Assembly: GCA_038858525.1 (NCBI GenBank)
Contig: JAWCFL010000001.1
Coordinates: forward strand, 2,053 to 66,052
DNA: 64,000 bases
Direction of reading: 5' to 3'
DNA from: Candidatus Jordarchaeales archaeon
GTDB taxonomy: Archaea > Asgardarchaeota > Jordiarchaeia > Jordiarchaeales > Freyrarchaeaceae
Part shown: positions 30,136 to 40,015 of the stretch, one piece after another
How positions within the stretch are numbered: the stretch's first letter is position 1
Layout of the letters: every line of letters starts with the position of its first letter
Program-made: the position numbers and the translations under genes
Notes under the pieces: generated by a model
The model's database searches: none
What the model saw: only the letters and a program-made list of their open reading frames with translations
What the model was told of the DNA's origin: nothing

Positions 30136-31302
30136 ATGTATAAGTCTTCATCCGTTTTTAAGGATGAAAGTACTTTTTTTCATGAATACGTGCCACCTGA
30201 GCTCCCGCACAGGGAGAAACAGTTAGAACAACTTATGAGGTTTTTTAGGCCGATACTCACAGATAAATTTGTGAGCGTTAATGTTTCAATAATAGGACGA
30301 GCAGGCGTTGGGAAAACCGCTTTGGCAAAGCTCTTCGGCAAGAAGCTCGTCGAAGAGTCTAGGCGAAGAGATGGTAAGATAATTTTTGAGTACATGTATT
30401 GCAGTGCTGCAAGGACGCTTTCGGCTGTCTTAAGACAGGTAATATCTAAGAACTGGAGGAAGATACCTATTACTGGGATCACTGGAAGCGAACTCATAGT
30501 GGAGTTAAATGAGAGACTTGCTAAAGAGGATAAAAGGCTGGTTTTAGTCCTCGATGAGGCAAAACTTCTGGGAGGAGAAGAAATTCATGGGCTCATAAGG
30601 AGCGCTGAGTTTTTCGGTTATGGCAAAGCTAGGATAAACACGATAATCATAAGTAGACCGGAGGATTGGATTGCGTATCTTCAACCAGACCTTTCAGAAG
30701 ACGTGCACACGGTCATAGAGCTTCCAAGGTATTCTGAAGAAGAGTTGAGAGATATCTTGGAGTACAGGGCTAGAATAGGTTTCCATGAGGGAGTGATAAG
30801 CTCAGAAGTATGTGACATGGTGGCTAAAATAGCTAGCGAAACTGGAAATGCACGGCATGGAATAGAAATACTTTACCATGCCGGGCTAATAGCTGAAAAA
30901 AGCGAGGAGAAAAAGATAACGCCGGAAATGATACGAATAGCCAAGAATGAGGTTTACCCGGAGACTTCACCCGAGATTCTCAGGGGGTTGCACGTTCACG
31001 AACTTTTAACTTTACTTGCAGTTGCCGTTACTTTGAGAGACGAATTAGCAGCACCAATAGGAAGAGTATACGACAATTATAAAGTTGTGTGTGAAGAGTA
31101 TGGAGCTAGGCCTCGTACAACCCGAAACTTTAGAAACTACTTGAGAGTTCTTTCAGAAATTAAAATAATAAACACGGTTGTCAAAAACCTCAAGAGAGGA
31201 AGAAGAACGGTAGTCACGTTGACCGAAATACCTTCATCTATTCTTGAGGAAAGAGTCAGGAGCCTTCTTGAAAGCAAGGCGCCTACGGACATAAAGGACT
31301 AA
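30136..31302 (+). CDS. cdc6: Orc1/Cdc6 replication-initiator AAA+ ATPase
   Basis: 388 aa; Walker A GRAGVGKTALAK, Walker B LVLDEA, C-terminal winged helix. Confidence 0.9.
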   Translation: MYKSSSVFKDESTFFHEYVPPELPHREKQLEQLMRFFRPILTDKFVSVNVSIIGRAGVGKTALAKLFGKKLVEESRRRDGKIIFEYMYCSAARTLSAVLRQVISKNWRKIPITGITGSELIVELNERLAKEDKRLVLVLDEAKLLGGEEIHGLIRSAEFFGYGKARINTIIISRPEDWIAYLQPDLSEDVHTVIELPRYSEEELRDILEYRARIGFHEGVISSEVCDMVAKIASETGNARHGIEILYHAGLIAEKSEEKKITPEMIRIAKNEVYPETSPEILRGLHVHELLTLLAVAVTLRDELAAPIGRVYDNYKVVCEEYGARPRTTRNFRNYLRVLSEIKIINTVVKNLKRGRRTVVTLTEIPSSILEERVRSLLESKAPTDIKD

Positions 31303-31314
31303 GAGGGAGTTAGC

Positions 31315-32397
31315 TTGAAGATACTAGAAAATAAACTAGATAAGGGGGAGGTTACGTTGCATGTGGAAAATCACAATGACCTTTGGCATCTTTACAACAT
31401 TATATGCAAAGGGGACCTAGTATACGCACGAACACATAGAAGGATACGTAAGGTCGGGGATGACTCTAGGTCAGATAGGGGAGAGAGAATACCGGTTTAC
31501 TTGGGCATAAAGGTAGAAGACGTGGAGTTTCATAAATACTCTGACAGGCTTAGAGTTAAAGGGATAATAGTGAATGGCCCAGACGAGATCTCTAAAGGAG
31601 AGCACCATACGATAAACGTTGAAATAGGAAAAACATTAAAGATAGTGAAGGAAGATTGGCCATCATATATTATTGATAGACTGAGCGAAGCGTCTAGAGG
31701 TATGGAGGAACGCGTTATTATAGTTACAATAGAGGAAGGTGAAGCTTTCATTGCCTCGGTTGACAGAGTCACTCTTACCCCCCTGCTGAGGATTAGCGAA
31801 AGCATACCGGGAAAGAGGGCAGAAGAAGAAAGAGAAGTTGGCTTGAAGACATTCTATTCGAAAGTAGCTAGAAGCATACTTCACCATGCAAAGCAGCTTA
31901 ACCCTGTTAGTATAATCATCGCGGGGCCAGGATTAACGAAGAACCGCTTAAAGGATTACATAGCAGTCAATTATCCTGAGGTTGAAAAATTAATTGTGCT
32001 TGAAAATGCGAGTTATGGGGATGAAAATGGAATCTATGAAGTTATTAGGAGGGGGGCTGTGGATAAGGTAATAAGTGAAAGTAGAGCGGTGAAGGAGATA
32101 GAGGCCGTCGAGGAGTTTTTGGCTCAACTTGCGAAGAACCCAGAAAAAGTAGCGTATGGAGGGGAGCAGGTCGAAAAAGCAGCTCTTTATGGCGCTATCC
32201 ATAAGCTTCTCATCACAACGAAGATGATAAGAGACGCCACACCTGACGAGAGAAGAAAGATAGAGGAACTGATTAAATCCGTGGAGAGAACGAGAGGAGA
32301 GGTTATTTTGATTGATGAAGCTCACGCGGCTGGGCAACAGCTTTCTAGTCTGGGAGGAATAGCAGCAGTGTTAAGATACTCGGTCAATGAAGCTTAG
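31315..32397 (+). CDS. pelA: Pelota (Dom34) mRNA-surveillance / ribosome-rescue factor, TTG start
   Basis: 360 aa; the N-terminus MKILENKLDKGEVTLHVENHNDLWHLYNII and the eRF1-like domains 2/3 are typical. Confidence 0.88.
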   Translation: MKILENKLDKGEVTLHVENHNDLWHLYNIICKGDLVYARTHRRIRKVGDDSRSDRGERIPVYLGIKVEDVEFHKYSDRLRVKGIIVNGPDEISKGEHHTINVEIGKTLKIVKEDWPSYIIDRLSEASRGMEERVIIVTIEEGEAFIASVDRVTLTPLLRISESIPGKRAEEEREVGLKTFYSKVARSILHHAKQLNPVSIIIAGPGLTKNRLKDYIAVNYPEVEKLIVLENASYGDENGIYEVIRRGAVDKVISESRAVKEIEAVEEFLAQLAKNPEKVAYGGEQVEKAALYGAIHKLLITTKMIRDATPDERRKIEELIKSVERTRGEVILIDEAHAAGQQLSSLGGIAAVLRYSVNEA

Positions 32398-32402
32398 GGA
32401 AA

Positions 32403-33203
32403 CTAAGTGTAAAGTTCCTTTACGAGAAACTCTTGTAATTTCGTTATGCCTTGAACGGCTGGAGAGTCAGGTGCATAATCGAGTAATGCTTTATCGGCTA
32501 GGTCAGCTTCTATGACGTTCTTGTCGTAGGGAATCCATCCAGCGACGTTGATTCCAATTTTGCTGGCAGCTTCCTCAATGAAGTATTTCTCTTCCTCGCT
32601 TGAAATTTTGTTTCCAACTAGGAAGACACGTTTTACACCTAAACCTAAGGCTAGATCCTTTATTTTTTCAGCTAAGGATATAGACCTAACTCCAGGCTCA
32701 ACTACGATTAGCATCGCGTCCACATTTTTAGCGGTTCCTCTGCCAAGATGTTCCACTCCAGCTTCCATGTCTAATATAACGACTTCCTCTCGTTTCAAAA
32801 TAAGATGGGAAATTAAGGCTCTTACCAGTGCATTGCTCGGACACATACATCCTCCACCAGGATTAACTACTGTTCCAGCAACTAGAAGTTTTACTCCATC
32901 AGGCCCAACGATCATAAATTTGTCAGGGAGATCTGAAACCTTAGGATTTAGGATGAATACACTGCCCATTGACCCAGGTTTAGCACCTGTTCTTTCCTCG
33001 ATTAAGTCGCTCATTTCAGAGATTGGAGTTATGCTGCGGGCAACTGTTTTTGATATTCCTAAAGAGGTGTGAAGGTTCATGCTGGGGTCCACGTCTATGG
33101 CAAAAACGTCGAAGCCACGCCTAGCAAGCAGACGAGCTAATGTGCCTGCGATCGTCGTTTTCCCAACGCCGCCTTTACCAGCCACGGCAACCTTAAATCC
33201 CAA
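32403..33203 (-). CDS. MinD/ParA-type P-loop ATPase of the CooC family (COG3640)
   Basis: 266 aa; deviant Walker A AGKGGVGKTT; CxC motif NPGGGCMCPSN characteristic of CooC-like proteins. Confidence 0.6.
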   Translation of the reverse strand: MGFKVAVAGKGGVGKTTIAGTLARLLARRGFDVFAIDVDPSMNLHTSLGISKTVARSITPISEMSDLIEERTGAKPGSMGSVFILNPKVSDLPDKFMIVGPDGVKLLVAGTVVNPGGGCMCPSNALVRALISHLILKREEVVILDMEAGVEHLGRGTAKNVDAMLIVVEPGVRSISLAEKIKDLALGLGVKRVFLVGNKISSEEEKYFIEEAASKIGINVAGWIPYDKNVIEADLADKALLDYAPDSPAVQGITKLQEFLVKELYT

Positions 33204-33224
33204 AGAAGACCACCAAGATCCATT

Positions 33225-34676
33225 TTAACCCTTAACGACACCTATGGGCCTCAATTTAGCCACCAATGATGCTATTCCCACTTTGTGGGAAACATCAACT
33301 ACTAGGTCGACGTCCTTGTATGCTTCAGGCGCCTCTTCACTCATGACGACTACGCTAGCCGCTTCTACCAGGATTCCAGACTTTTGAAGCTCATTCTTGA
33401 CTTTTTCACCCCAAAACCTCTTCTTCGCAGTCGCCCTGCTAAGCCTCCGGCCCGCGCCATGCGCCGTAGAGCCAAAGCTTAACTCCATGGATTCAGCTCT
33501 CCCTCTTAGAACATAACTGGCAGTACCCATAGTTCCAGGTATAAGAACCGGCTGGCCGGTTTCTCTATATTTCTGAGGAATATCTGGATGGCCCGGTGGA
33601 AAAGCTCTAGTGGCACCTTTCCTATGAACGCATAGAACTTTTTCTTCACCGTCAACGCGGTGTTTCTCGAACTTGGCAATGTTATGAGCCACGTCGTACA
33701 CTATTCGGATTCCAAGATCTTCAGGTGAGGAAGAGAAAACCTTACCGAAAGATTCACGCACCCAATGCGTTATGCACTGTCTATTTGCCCATGCAAAGTT
33801 AGCGGCGGATGCCATTGCTGCAATATAACTTTCTCCTTCCTTACTTTTTCCAGGAACTGCAGCTAGCTCCCTGTCTGGAAGTGATAGCCCGTATTTTCCC
33901 ATGGCATGCTCCATAATCTTCAAGTAGTCAGAGCAGATCTGATGGCCAAGACCGCGTGAACCAGTATGTATAAGAACTGCTATTTGTCCCTCGAATAAAT
34001 CCATCCGCTTTGCTGCTTCTTCATCGTAAACATGCTCAACATATTGAATTTCGAGGAAGTGGTTTCCACTGCCGAGCGTTCCAAGTTGAGGTGCCCCACG
34101 CTCCCTTGCCTTAGAGGATACTTTGCTAGCGTCAGCGTTCTTGAGGCAACCTTCCTCCTCACAGTACAGTCTGTCTTCCTCCCACCCGAAGCCTTTCTCT
34201 ATAGCCCAGTTAACACCAGATTCAAGAACATCATCTAGTTCAGAGGAAGACACCCTTATTTTTCCTTCTGAGCCGACGCCACTAGGAATTTCTCTAAATA
34301 GAATGCTTAGTAGCTCTTTGAGCTTTGGGATAACTTCGTTCTTTGACAGGTTTGTTCTAAGCAAGCGAACCCCGCAGTTTATATCGTAACCAACTCCGCC
34401 CGGAGAGACAACTCCGTCCTCTTCGAAATCGACGGCGGCGACTCCCCCAATAGGAAAACCATACCCTTGATGCGCATCAGGCAAGGCTATAGAGTTTTTT
34501 TGAATCCCTGGTAGGCATGCAACATTCATAGCTTGAACCAGTGTTTGGTCCTTCTTCATTCCATCAAGAAGCTCTTCATTTGCAAAGATCCTAGCTGGCA
34601 CACGCATACATTTTTTCGCGTCCTTCGGTATCTCCCATATTAAATTACTTATCTTTTTTACAGGAAGCTGAGACAA
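33225..34676 (-). CDS. rtcB: RNA-splicing ligase RtcB (tRNA-splicing 3'-phosphate ligase)
   Basis: 483 aa; conserved RtcB metal- and GMP-binding His/Cys/Asp motifs (DAHQGYGFPIGG, GSRGLGHQ, STAHGAGR); no intein. Confidence 0.93.
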   Translation of the reverse strand: MSQLPVKKISNLIWEIPKDAKKCMRVPARIFANEELLDGMKKDQTLVQAMNVACLPGIQKNSIALPDAHQGYGFPIGGVAAVDFEEDGVVSPGGVGYDINCGVRLLRTNLSKNEVIPKLKELLSILFREIPSGVGSEGKIRVSSSELDDVLESGVNWAIEKGFGWEEDRLYCEEEGCLKNADASKVSSKARERGAPQLGTLGSGNHFLEIQYVEHVYDEEAAKRMDLFEGQIAVLIHTGSRGLGHQICSDYLKIMEHAMGKYGLSLPDRELAAVPGKSKEGESYIAAMASAANFAWANRQCITHWVRESFGKVFSSSPEDLGIRIVYDVAHNIAKFEKHRVDGEEKVLCVHRKGATRAFPPGHPDIPQKYRETGQPVLIPGTMGTASYVLRGRAESMELSFGSTAHGAGRRLSRATAKKRFWGEKVKNELQKSGILVEAASVVVMSEEAPEAYKDVDLVVDVSHKVGIASLVAKLRPIGVVKG

Positions 34677-34850
34677 GTCGTATTCCTCCTTAATTTCTAT
34701 TGCTGAACATCAGTTCTTTACTTGCAGGCAGTACTTCACTTATAGAATAACTCGGGGAGGGGGAAAGACTAAATGAAGATAGTTAAGCCTAGTTTCGCAG
34801 GACACATTTTAGAAGACAAGAATAAATAAAACTATCGCGTTTTTAATTCT

Positions 34851-35189
34851 TTAATATATCCGCCACGTGTGTCTGCAGATGGTGCACCTGAGGAAGGTTG
34901 TTGACGCTTCATCAGCTCTTCGTGTTTGAACTTGCCAGTAGTACGCTGTAGTATTGCCACATTTTGGACATATGGCTTTCATAGTAGGCATTGTTTTTAA
35001 TTGCTGGTCATCCTCGAGTATCAACGTTTTATCCTTAGGTGAATGTTCTATCTCTCTCTTAACGACAAATCTTTCTTTGTTACTAAATATAGGCCTTTCT
35101 TGATGACCGCAACTTCTACATATAAGCCTAATTTCACCTTTCTCTTTTTCAGGGTACATTAACATACCACACTTAGGGCAGAAGTCCAA
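34851..35189 (-). CDS. tfs: Transcription factor S (TFS, RpoM-like)
   Basis: 112 aa; N-terminal Zn ribbon CPKCG...CRSCG; C-terminal Zn ribbon CPKCGNTTAYYWQVQTRRADE...CTICRH with the acidic hairpin. Confidence 0.88.
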   Translation of the reverse strand: MDFCPKCGMLMYPEKEKGEIRLICRSCGHQERPIFSNKERFVVKREIEHSPKDKTLILEDDQQLKTMPTMKAICPKCGNTTAYYWQVQTRRADEASTTFLRCTICRHTWRIY

Positions 35190-35249
35190 ATAACAGTCAC
35201 CTTTTTTTGATAGACGGTTAGGAAGTAATGGATTTTAATTTTTCCGTAT

Positions 35250-35651
35250 TCACTCCACTTCCTTACTTAATTCCTCTACAACCTTTTTGAGGAGGAGCGT
35301 GAAGCCCAGCACTAAGTTCTCAAAATTATCCTTGAGAGGAACTTTGGAGTTAATTAGGGAAGCTATTGAGATCGCGACATCTTTTATTTCTATTTTTCCT
35401 TTTAACCAAGCGTATCCTATTAGGGCTTCTGCAGCATCGCTTAACCCGTATTTATCCTGTCTTGATGGAAGGCGAGAACGTAATCCTGACGCTTTTAGCG
35501 CTGTTGCAAGTATAGACCCCGGAAGCTTTGTTTTCTTTACTTCGCCTGTAGCAGTAAATAGTGCTAAGCTATATATTAAGTTAGAGACCCCATCACCTAT
35601 TCTTGCGTATTGTTTGTTTAGTAAGATCTTACTAAAGGATTGCAGCTTGGT
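35250..35651 (-). CDS. RNase III-like (mini-III-like) domain protein, in frame directly downstream of the rpo11 stop, with no ATG/GTG/TTG start
   Basis: Hand translation of the minus strand gives *TKLQSFSKILLNKQYARIGDGVSNLIYSLALFTATGEVKKTKLPGSILATALKASGLRSRLPSRQDKYGLSDAAEALIGYAWLKGKIEIKDVAISIASLINSKVPLKDNFENLVLGFTLLLKKVVEELSKEVE*. Two RNase III-like blocks are present (IGDGVSNL and DAAEALIGYAWL). The only candidate starts are CTG or ATA. Confidence 0.45.
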   Translation of the reverse strand, partial: TKLQSFSKILLNKQYARIGDGVSNLIYSLALFTATGEVKKTKLPGSILATALKASGLRSRLPSRQDKYGLSDAAEALIGYAWLKGKIEIKDVAISIASLINSKVPLKDNFENLVLGFTLLLKKVVEELSKEVE

Positions 35652-35960
35652 TTACCCTCCCGTAGAGGACTTAACTTTACTTAATTCGCTAAAGAATAAA
35701 TCGCTGATCTTAGTAAGAGTGTCTTTAAGTCGTTTAATAGCGTCTCTTAATGCATCTTCAGGGGGGACCCCTTGGTTTGTCGTTATGTAAATTTTCGGGT
35801 TCGAAAGAAGAGGGTGGTCTATTCTGTAACCTGCAAAAACGACGTTTTCATCGTCTAGCAAGGCTTTTTTTAATAACGTACATAAAGTGTGATCTTCCCC
35901 CTCTATTTCCAGCTCCAAGTGATTTTCTGTGCGTTTTGTCACGCGTACCTTCAACCTCAT
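35652..35960 (-). CDS. rpo11: DNA-directed RNA polymerase subunit Rpo11 (L)
   Basis: 102 aa; ...ENHLELEIEGEDHTLCTLLKKAL...VVFAGYRIDHPL... Confidence 0.88.
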   Translation of the reverse strand: MRLKVRVTKRTENHLELEIEGEDHTLCTLLKKALLDDENVVFAGYRIDHPLLSNPKIYITTNQGVPPEDALRDAIKRLKDTLTKISDLFFSELSKVKSSTGG

Positions 35961-35969
35961 TCACCTCTT

Positions 35970-36545
35970 CTAAAGCTTTGATTTGCCATAATCAATCGAG
36001 ATTTTCCTTTTTTCCTTATTGCCGCATGTACTGCAAGTTAAGACCCCGTTGCTCTTTGGGTCCAGTGGAGAGCCGCATTTAGAGCAGAATGCCAAAACGA
36101 CTCCTAAATTTTTACCGATAGTGGATAACTGTATGAGCTCGCTTCGAACTTCGATTATACGTGCCTTCACTATGTCTCCGATCTTAAAAGCATCTGACGG
36201 CTTATCGATGAACTGGTTACTTATCTGAGATACGTGAATTACTCCTGAATATGGCGATGAAAGAGTCTTTCCTCCAATCCTTGCGATGTCAACCATACTT
36301 AAAATTTTTCCCGTATTAACGACCATTCCCAAAACTAAGCTACCTTTCTTGATGAATGGATGGGATTCGAAGGGGATAACCTTAACGCGCCTCTCCACTT
36401 TGTCTATAAGCACTATTCCTGCATGTGAGGCAAAAATTATACCTCCCTCGTCATATGTTCCTTCATTCGGCGAAAATTCCTCTATAACACCCAACCAGTC
36501 GCCTGGCAAGACGAAGCTGCCAGTTTTAGGTCTCTCCGCGCTCAC
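35970..36545 (-). CDS. csl4: Exosome complex RNA-binding subunit Csl4
   Basis: 191 aa; N-terminal domain plus S1 domain plus C-terminal Zn ribbon CSKCGSPL...CSTCGNK. Confidence 0.85.
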   Translation of the reverse strand: MSAERPKTGSFVLPGDWLGVIEEFSPNEGTYDEGGIIFASHAGIVLIDKVERRVKVIPFESHPFIKKGSLVLGMVVNTGKILSMVDIARIGGKTLSSPYSGVIHVSQISNQFIDKPSDAFKIGDIVKARIIEVRSELIQLSTIGKNLGVVLAFCSKCGSPLDPKSNGVLTCSTCGNKEKRKISIDYGKSKL

Positions 36546-37194
36546 TCTGAAACACCTCCTTCTCGTTTATCTTCAAAATTCTGTAAACATCAACTTCTAC
36601 GACGTGAAATTTTTTCGAGTGGAAGTCAAACATTGCTGGGATCGGCAACTTAACTGTGACAAGTTGATCAATGTATCCGCCTCTCTTCTCTACAAATCTT
36701 TTAATGAATTGCCTAACTTTAAAGTTTCCTTTATGTATAGAGTATACCACATCGGCGACCTCAAGAGCTTTCTCTAAAAAAATTCTGTCACTAAAACGTC
36801 TTTGCACTCCGAATGGTGGATTCTGCACCACGGTATCCGCTTTACCCCTTAAATCTTTTAAGTTCATAGAAACCCACTCAACTCTATCTTCTACTCCAAC
36901 TTTTTCAGCATTACGCTTAGCTACTTTCAACGCATCTAGGTCTATATCTACACCAACAACTCGCCTCGCACCGAGAAGAGCTGCACCTAAAGCCAACTTG
37001 CCATTCCCACATCCGAGGTCGTAAACAACTTTTCTCTCGATGTCGTTAAAAACATAGGCAGCCATAAAAAGAAGAGTTGCTGCAACCCTGTTATGTGTAG
37101 GATACTGTTCCAGCCAAACCTTAGGGGAAGGAGTATCCTCCAATCTTTCAAGGAACAGTTCAAGGTGTTTACGCTTAAGTTTAACCTTAACCAT
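36526..37194 (-). CDS. SAM-dependent RNA methyltransferase (COG2263/METTL5-like)
   Basis: SAM motif I VVYDLGCGNGKLALGAA and motif NPPFG; sits between csl4 and dph2; start taken at M21 of the ORF-track ORF (37194) to avoid overlap. Confidence 0.75.
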   Translation of the reverse strand: MVKVKLKRKHLELFLERLEDTPSPKVWLEQYPTHNRVAATLLFMAAYVFNDIERKVVYDLGCGNGKLALGAALLGARRVVGVDIDLDALKVAKRNAEKVGVEDRVEWVSMNLKDLRGKADTVVQNPPFGVQRRFSDRIFLEKALEVADVVYSIHKGNFKVRQFIKRFVEKRGGYIDQLVTVKLPIPAMFDFHSKKFHVVEVDVYRILKINEKEVFQSERGET

Positions 37195-38209
37195 CTTCCT
37201 CCTCCACCTTTTCGTTGATGGAGGGGTATAGTTCCACCCAGTTTTTTCGCCCAATCACCACTTCAACCTCATCCGGAGTCAGAACAGGAATAGGAAAGCG
37301 GGGCCCATCTTCGATAGCGATCCTAGGGCAAGCTGTCACAACCAAAGCTTCAACGTCTCCTAAATTCATGAAACGTTCGGGAACAACTTCTCGCATCGCA
37401 AACAAATACGCTTCTTTTCCCGAGGAGCGTAAAGCGTCCCTTATACTTCTCGCTACATTAATGTGAGTCTGACCTGACTTTAATCCGATAATTATGCCGA
37501 ACCTTTTAGCGTCCTTAGCTTTAGCTACGTGAGTATATCTTTCAAGAAGGAGACGTCTTACGTTTGGTGTCACATCGCGTACCTCGCCTGTGTATGGATC
37601 CAGGGAAATAACTCGTTTACCAGTAAAAAGGGCGACGCCAACAGCGTGAAAAAGACCGCCACCTATGAAGAAGGTGGTGTCAGCGTCTGGCGAGAAGGCA
37701 TTGGAGTAGTCGCATCCTAAAACTTGTCCGGGATATGGGGCTCTCTTACTATCTGACTTAAGAGTCACGCTGACGCCGGCATCCTCAAGCGCTTTTTTAA
37801 CAAGTGGAAGCGTCTTAACATGCTGCACCGTTGACGTGAGAATTAGACGTTTCAATCCTAAACTCAACGCGGCTTTAACTGCTTGCTCTGCGATTTCTCG
37901 CTTTGAAAAACATTCAACGAACAGTGCTGGAACCTTGGTTTGAGTAGGCCAAGGTGCATGTCCAAAATGAATGAGTAGGTCTGATCTAAGTGTTAAAGCT
38001 TCAGAGTCCGCTAGGTCGCATGCTCCCCAACACGGGTCAAGGGACGTCACTGCTTCTACTCCTGCCTGCTCCTCTATTAGTGACGCTATTCGAGTAACAT
38101 AGGGAAGAAGACCTTCAGGAAATTGAAGAAGAATACGTCTAGCATTCCTTGCTTTTACCTCCGAGATTATTTTTTCAATTTCAAAGGTAAGGTCGCCCAT
38201 AGTCACCAT
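37187..38209 (-). CDS. dph2: Diphthamide biosynthesis 2-(3-amino-3-carboxypropyl)histidine synthase Dph2
   Basis: 340 aa; three-domain radical-SAM-like Dph2 with conserved Cys in each domain. Confidence 0.85.
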   Translation of the reverse strand: MVTMGDLTFEIEKIISEVKARNARRILLQFPEGLLPYVTRIASLIEEQAGVEAVTSLDPCWGACDLADSEALTLRSDLLIHFGHAPWPTQTKVPALFVECFSKREIAEQAVKAALSLGLKRLILTSTVQHVKTLPLVKKALEDAGVSVTLKSDSKRAPYPGQVLGCDYSNAFSPDADTTFFIGGGLFHAVGVALFTGKRVISLDPYTGEVRDVTPNVRRLLLERYTHVAKAKDAKRFGIIIGLKSGQTHINVARSIRDALRSSGKEAYLFAMREVVPERFMNLGDVEALVVTACPRIAIEDGPRFPIPVLTPDEVEVVIGRKNWVELYPSINEKVEEEDG

Positions 38210-38313
38210 CGAGAAAACCGTCCAAAAATGCTTTTACATGAAAACTTGTAATGAGAGGAAATATTTTTCTTTGGTTAGAAAGAGAGGTGAAGGTGCTTTT
38301 CGAGGAAGAGGTG

Positions 38314-39555
38314 ATGAAGGTGAGTAGGATCAGGGATGTTAAAGCGCGAAGAATAATTGACTCAAGGGGAAACGCTACAATAGAAGTAATTGTTTATGCC
38401 GGAGATGTTGCCGTTAGTGCATGCGCCCCGTCAGGAGCAAGTGTTGGACGACATGAGGCGCAAGCATTTCCTAAAGGAGGGGTAGAGGAGTCCATCAGGA
38501 TGATTGAGGCATTATCACGTGTCCTGAAGGGAATGAGTGTTGAGGACCAGGAATCAGTAGATAAGGCGATCCGTGAGTTCGATGGTACAGGGAATCTTAG
38601 CAGGGTTGGCGGTAACGCGGCCATAGCTCTTTCGGTTGCTGTGGCAAAAGCTGCAGCAGCAATCAAAGGCGTTCCTCTTTGTAGATGCTTCAGCGACCGA
38701 CTAGAAGCGCCATTCCCCTTAAGCAACATTATAGGAGGAGGGGTTCACACTAGAGGTGATTCTATAGACTTTCAAGAGTTTTTAGTTTTACCGGTTGGCG
38801 CTAAGAGTTTTGGTGAAGCGGCCAAAATAAACGTGATGGTTCACAGAGAAGTTTCCCGCATTTTAACGGAGCGATTCCCAAAATATGTGTTTGGGAGGAA
38901 CGATGAGGGAGCCTGGGCGGCTCCATTAACCATAAGAGAGGCCCTTGAAGTCCTTTCCTCAGCAGTGCAGAGAGTTGAGGGCGAAGTGGGCGTTAAGATC
39001 CGGGTTGGAGTGGATGCCGCGGCTTCAAGCATCTGGAATGAGAAGAGGAATATGTATGTTTATAGAAAAGAGGGGTTCGAAAAGACGATTGAACAGCAGC
39101 TAGAATATGTTTCATCATTAATCGAGGACTACGGTGTGGCTTACTTTGAAGACCCGTTTAATGAGGAGGACTTTGACTCATTTGCAAAGTTGAAAGCGTC
39201 TCTGGGAAGAAAGTGTATAGTCACAGGAGACGACTTGACCGTGACTAACAGAGAAAGAATAAGGAAGGCTGTGGAGAAGGACGCTATTAATGGAGTAATA
39301 ATAAAGCCAAATCAGATAGGAACACTTACAGATACCAAGATGGCAGTTGAACTTGCTTCCTCAAGGAAAATAGTTCCAATAGCTTCTCATAGGTCGGGTG
39401 AAACATGTGACCCGGCATTAGCTCACATAGCGGTAGGTATGAGGTGCCCTATCATTAAAATAGGAATAATGGGAGGCGAAAGAATGGCAAAGATAAACGA
39501 GATCATAAGAATCGAAGAGGAACTGAGAATTAGGATGGCAAATCCTCCCATTTGA
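38314..39555 (+). CDS. eno: Enolase (phosphopyruvate hydratase)
   Basis: N-terminus MKVSRIRDVKARRIIDSRGNATIEV and an enolase C-terminal TIM barrel; the ORF-track start at 38251 is probably an upstream extension. Confidence 0.9.
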   Translation: MKVSRIRDVKARRIIDSRGNATIEVIVYAGDVAVSACAPSGASVGRHEAQAFPKGGVEESIRMIEALSRVLKGMSVEDQESVDKAIREFDGTGNLSRVGGNAAIALSVAVAKAAAAIKGVPLCRCFSDRLEAPFPLSNIIGGGVHTRGDSIDFQEFLVLPVGAKSFGEAAKINVMVHREVSRILTERFPKYVFGRNDEGAWAAPLTIREALEVLSSAVQRVEGEVGVKIRVGVDAAASSIWNEKRNMYVYRKEGFEKTIEQQLEYVSSLIEDYGVAYFEDPFNEEDFDSFAKLKASLGRKCIVTGDDLTVTNRERIRKAVEKDAINGVIIKPNQIGTLTDTKMAVELASSRKIVPIASHRSGETCDPALAHIAVGMRCPIIKIGIMGGERMAKINEIIRIEEELRIRMANPPI

Positions 39556-39556
39556 C

Positions 39557-40015
39557 ATGGAGGGATATAATATTTTCAATGAGATAGCGGAATTCATAGA
39601 AACAAGATATGCTAACGCACGTAAAATAATTGAAGTGGGGTTTGGAGGGCGGACAGAGACAGCGATTAAATTGGCGAAAAAAATTAATGCAGAGATAATT
39701 TTGACAGATGTAAATCCAGATTTCTTAAATACAGAGTTAAATGCAGAGCTTAAAGGTAGTATCAGAGTAGTTATAGATGACATATTCAATCCAAACTGGA
39801 AGTTATATGAAAAAGCGAATTTAATATATGCGATAAGGCCAAACCCTGAATTACAAAAACAGATAATTGATGTAGCCTCTAAATCAGGGGCGGATGCGCT
39901 TCTTAAAGTCCTAAGCGATGAATGGCCTGAAACAGAGAACATGAACATGAAACATGAGGTAATTAACTATAAAGGGGTCATACTTCATTTTTTCGTAAAC
40001 ACTAAGCGCCATTAA
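39557..40015 (+). CDS. Small Rossmann-like protein, possibly UPF0146 family
   Basis: 152 aa; EVGFGGRTETAIKLAK...ILTDVNP glycine-rich loop. Confidence 0.35.
   Translation: MEGYNIFNEIAEFIETRYANARKIIEVGFGGRTETAIKLAKKINAEIILTDVNPDFLNTELNAELKGSIRVVIDDIFNPNWKLYEKANLIYAIRPNPELQKQIIDVASKSGADALLKVLSDEWPETENMNMKHEVINYKGVILHFFVNTKRH

Noticed and set aside
35287-35790. 167-aa plus-strand ORF from the track
   Set aside because: Low-complexity translation, antisense to rpo11 and to the RNase III-like frame; not coding.
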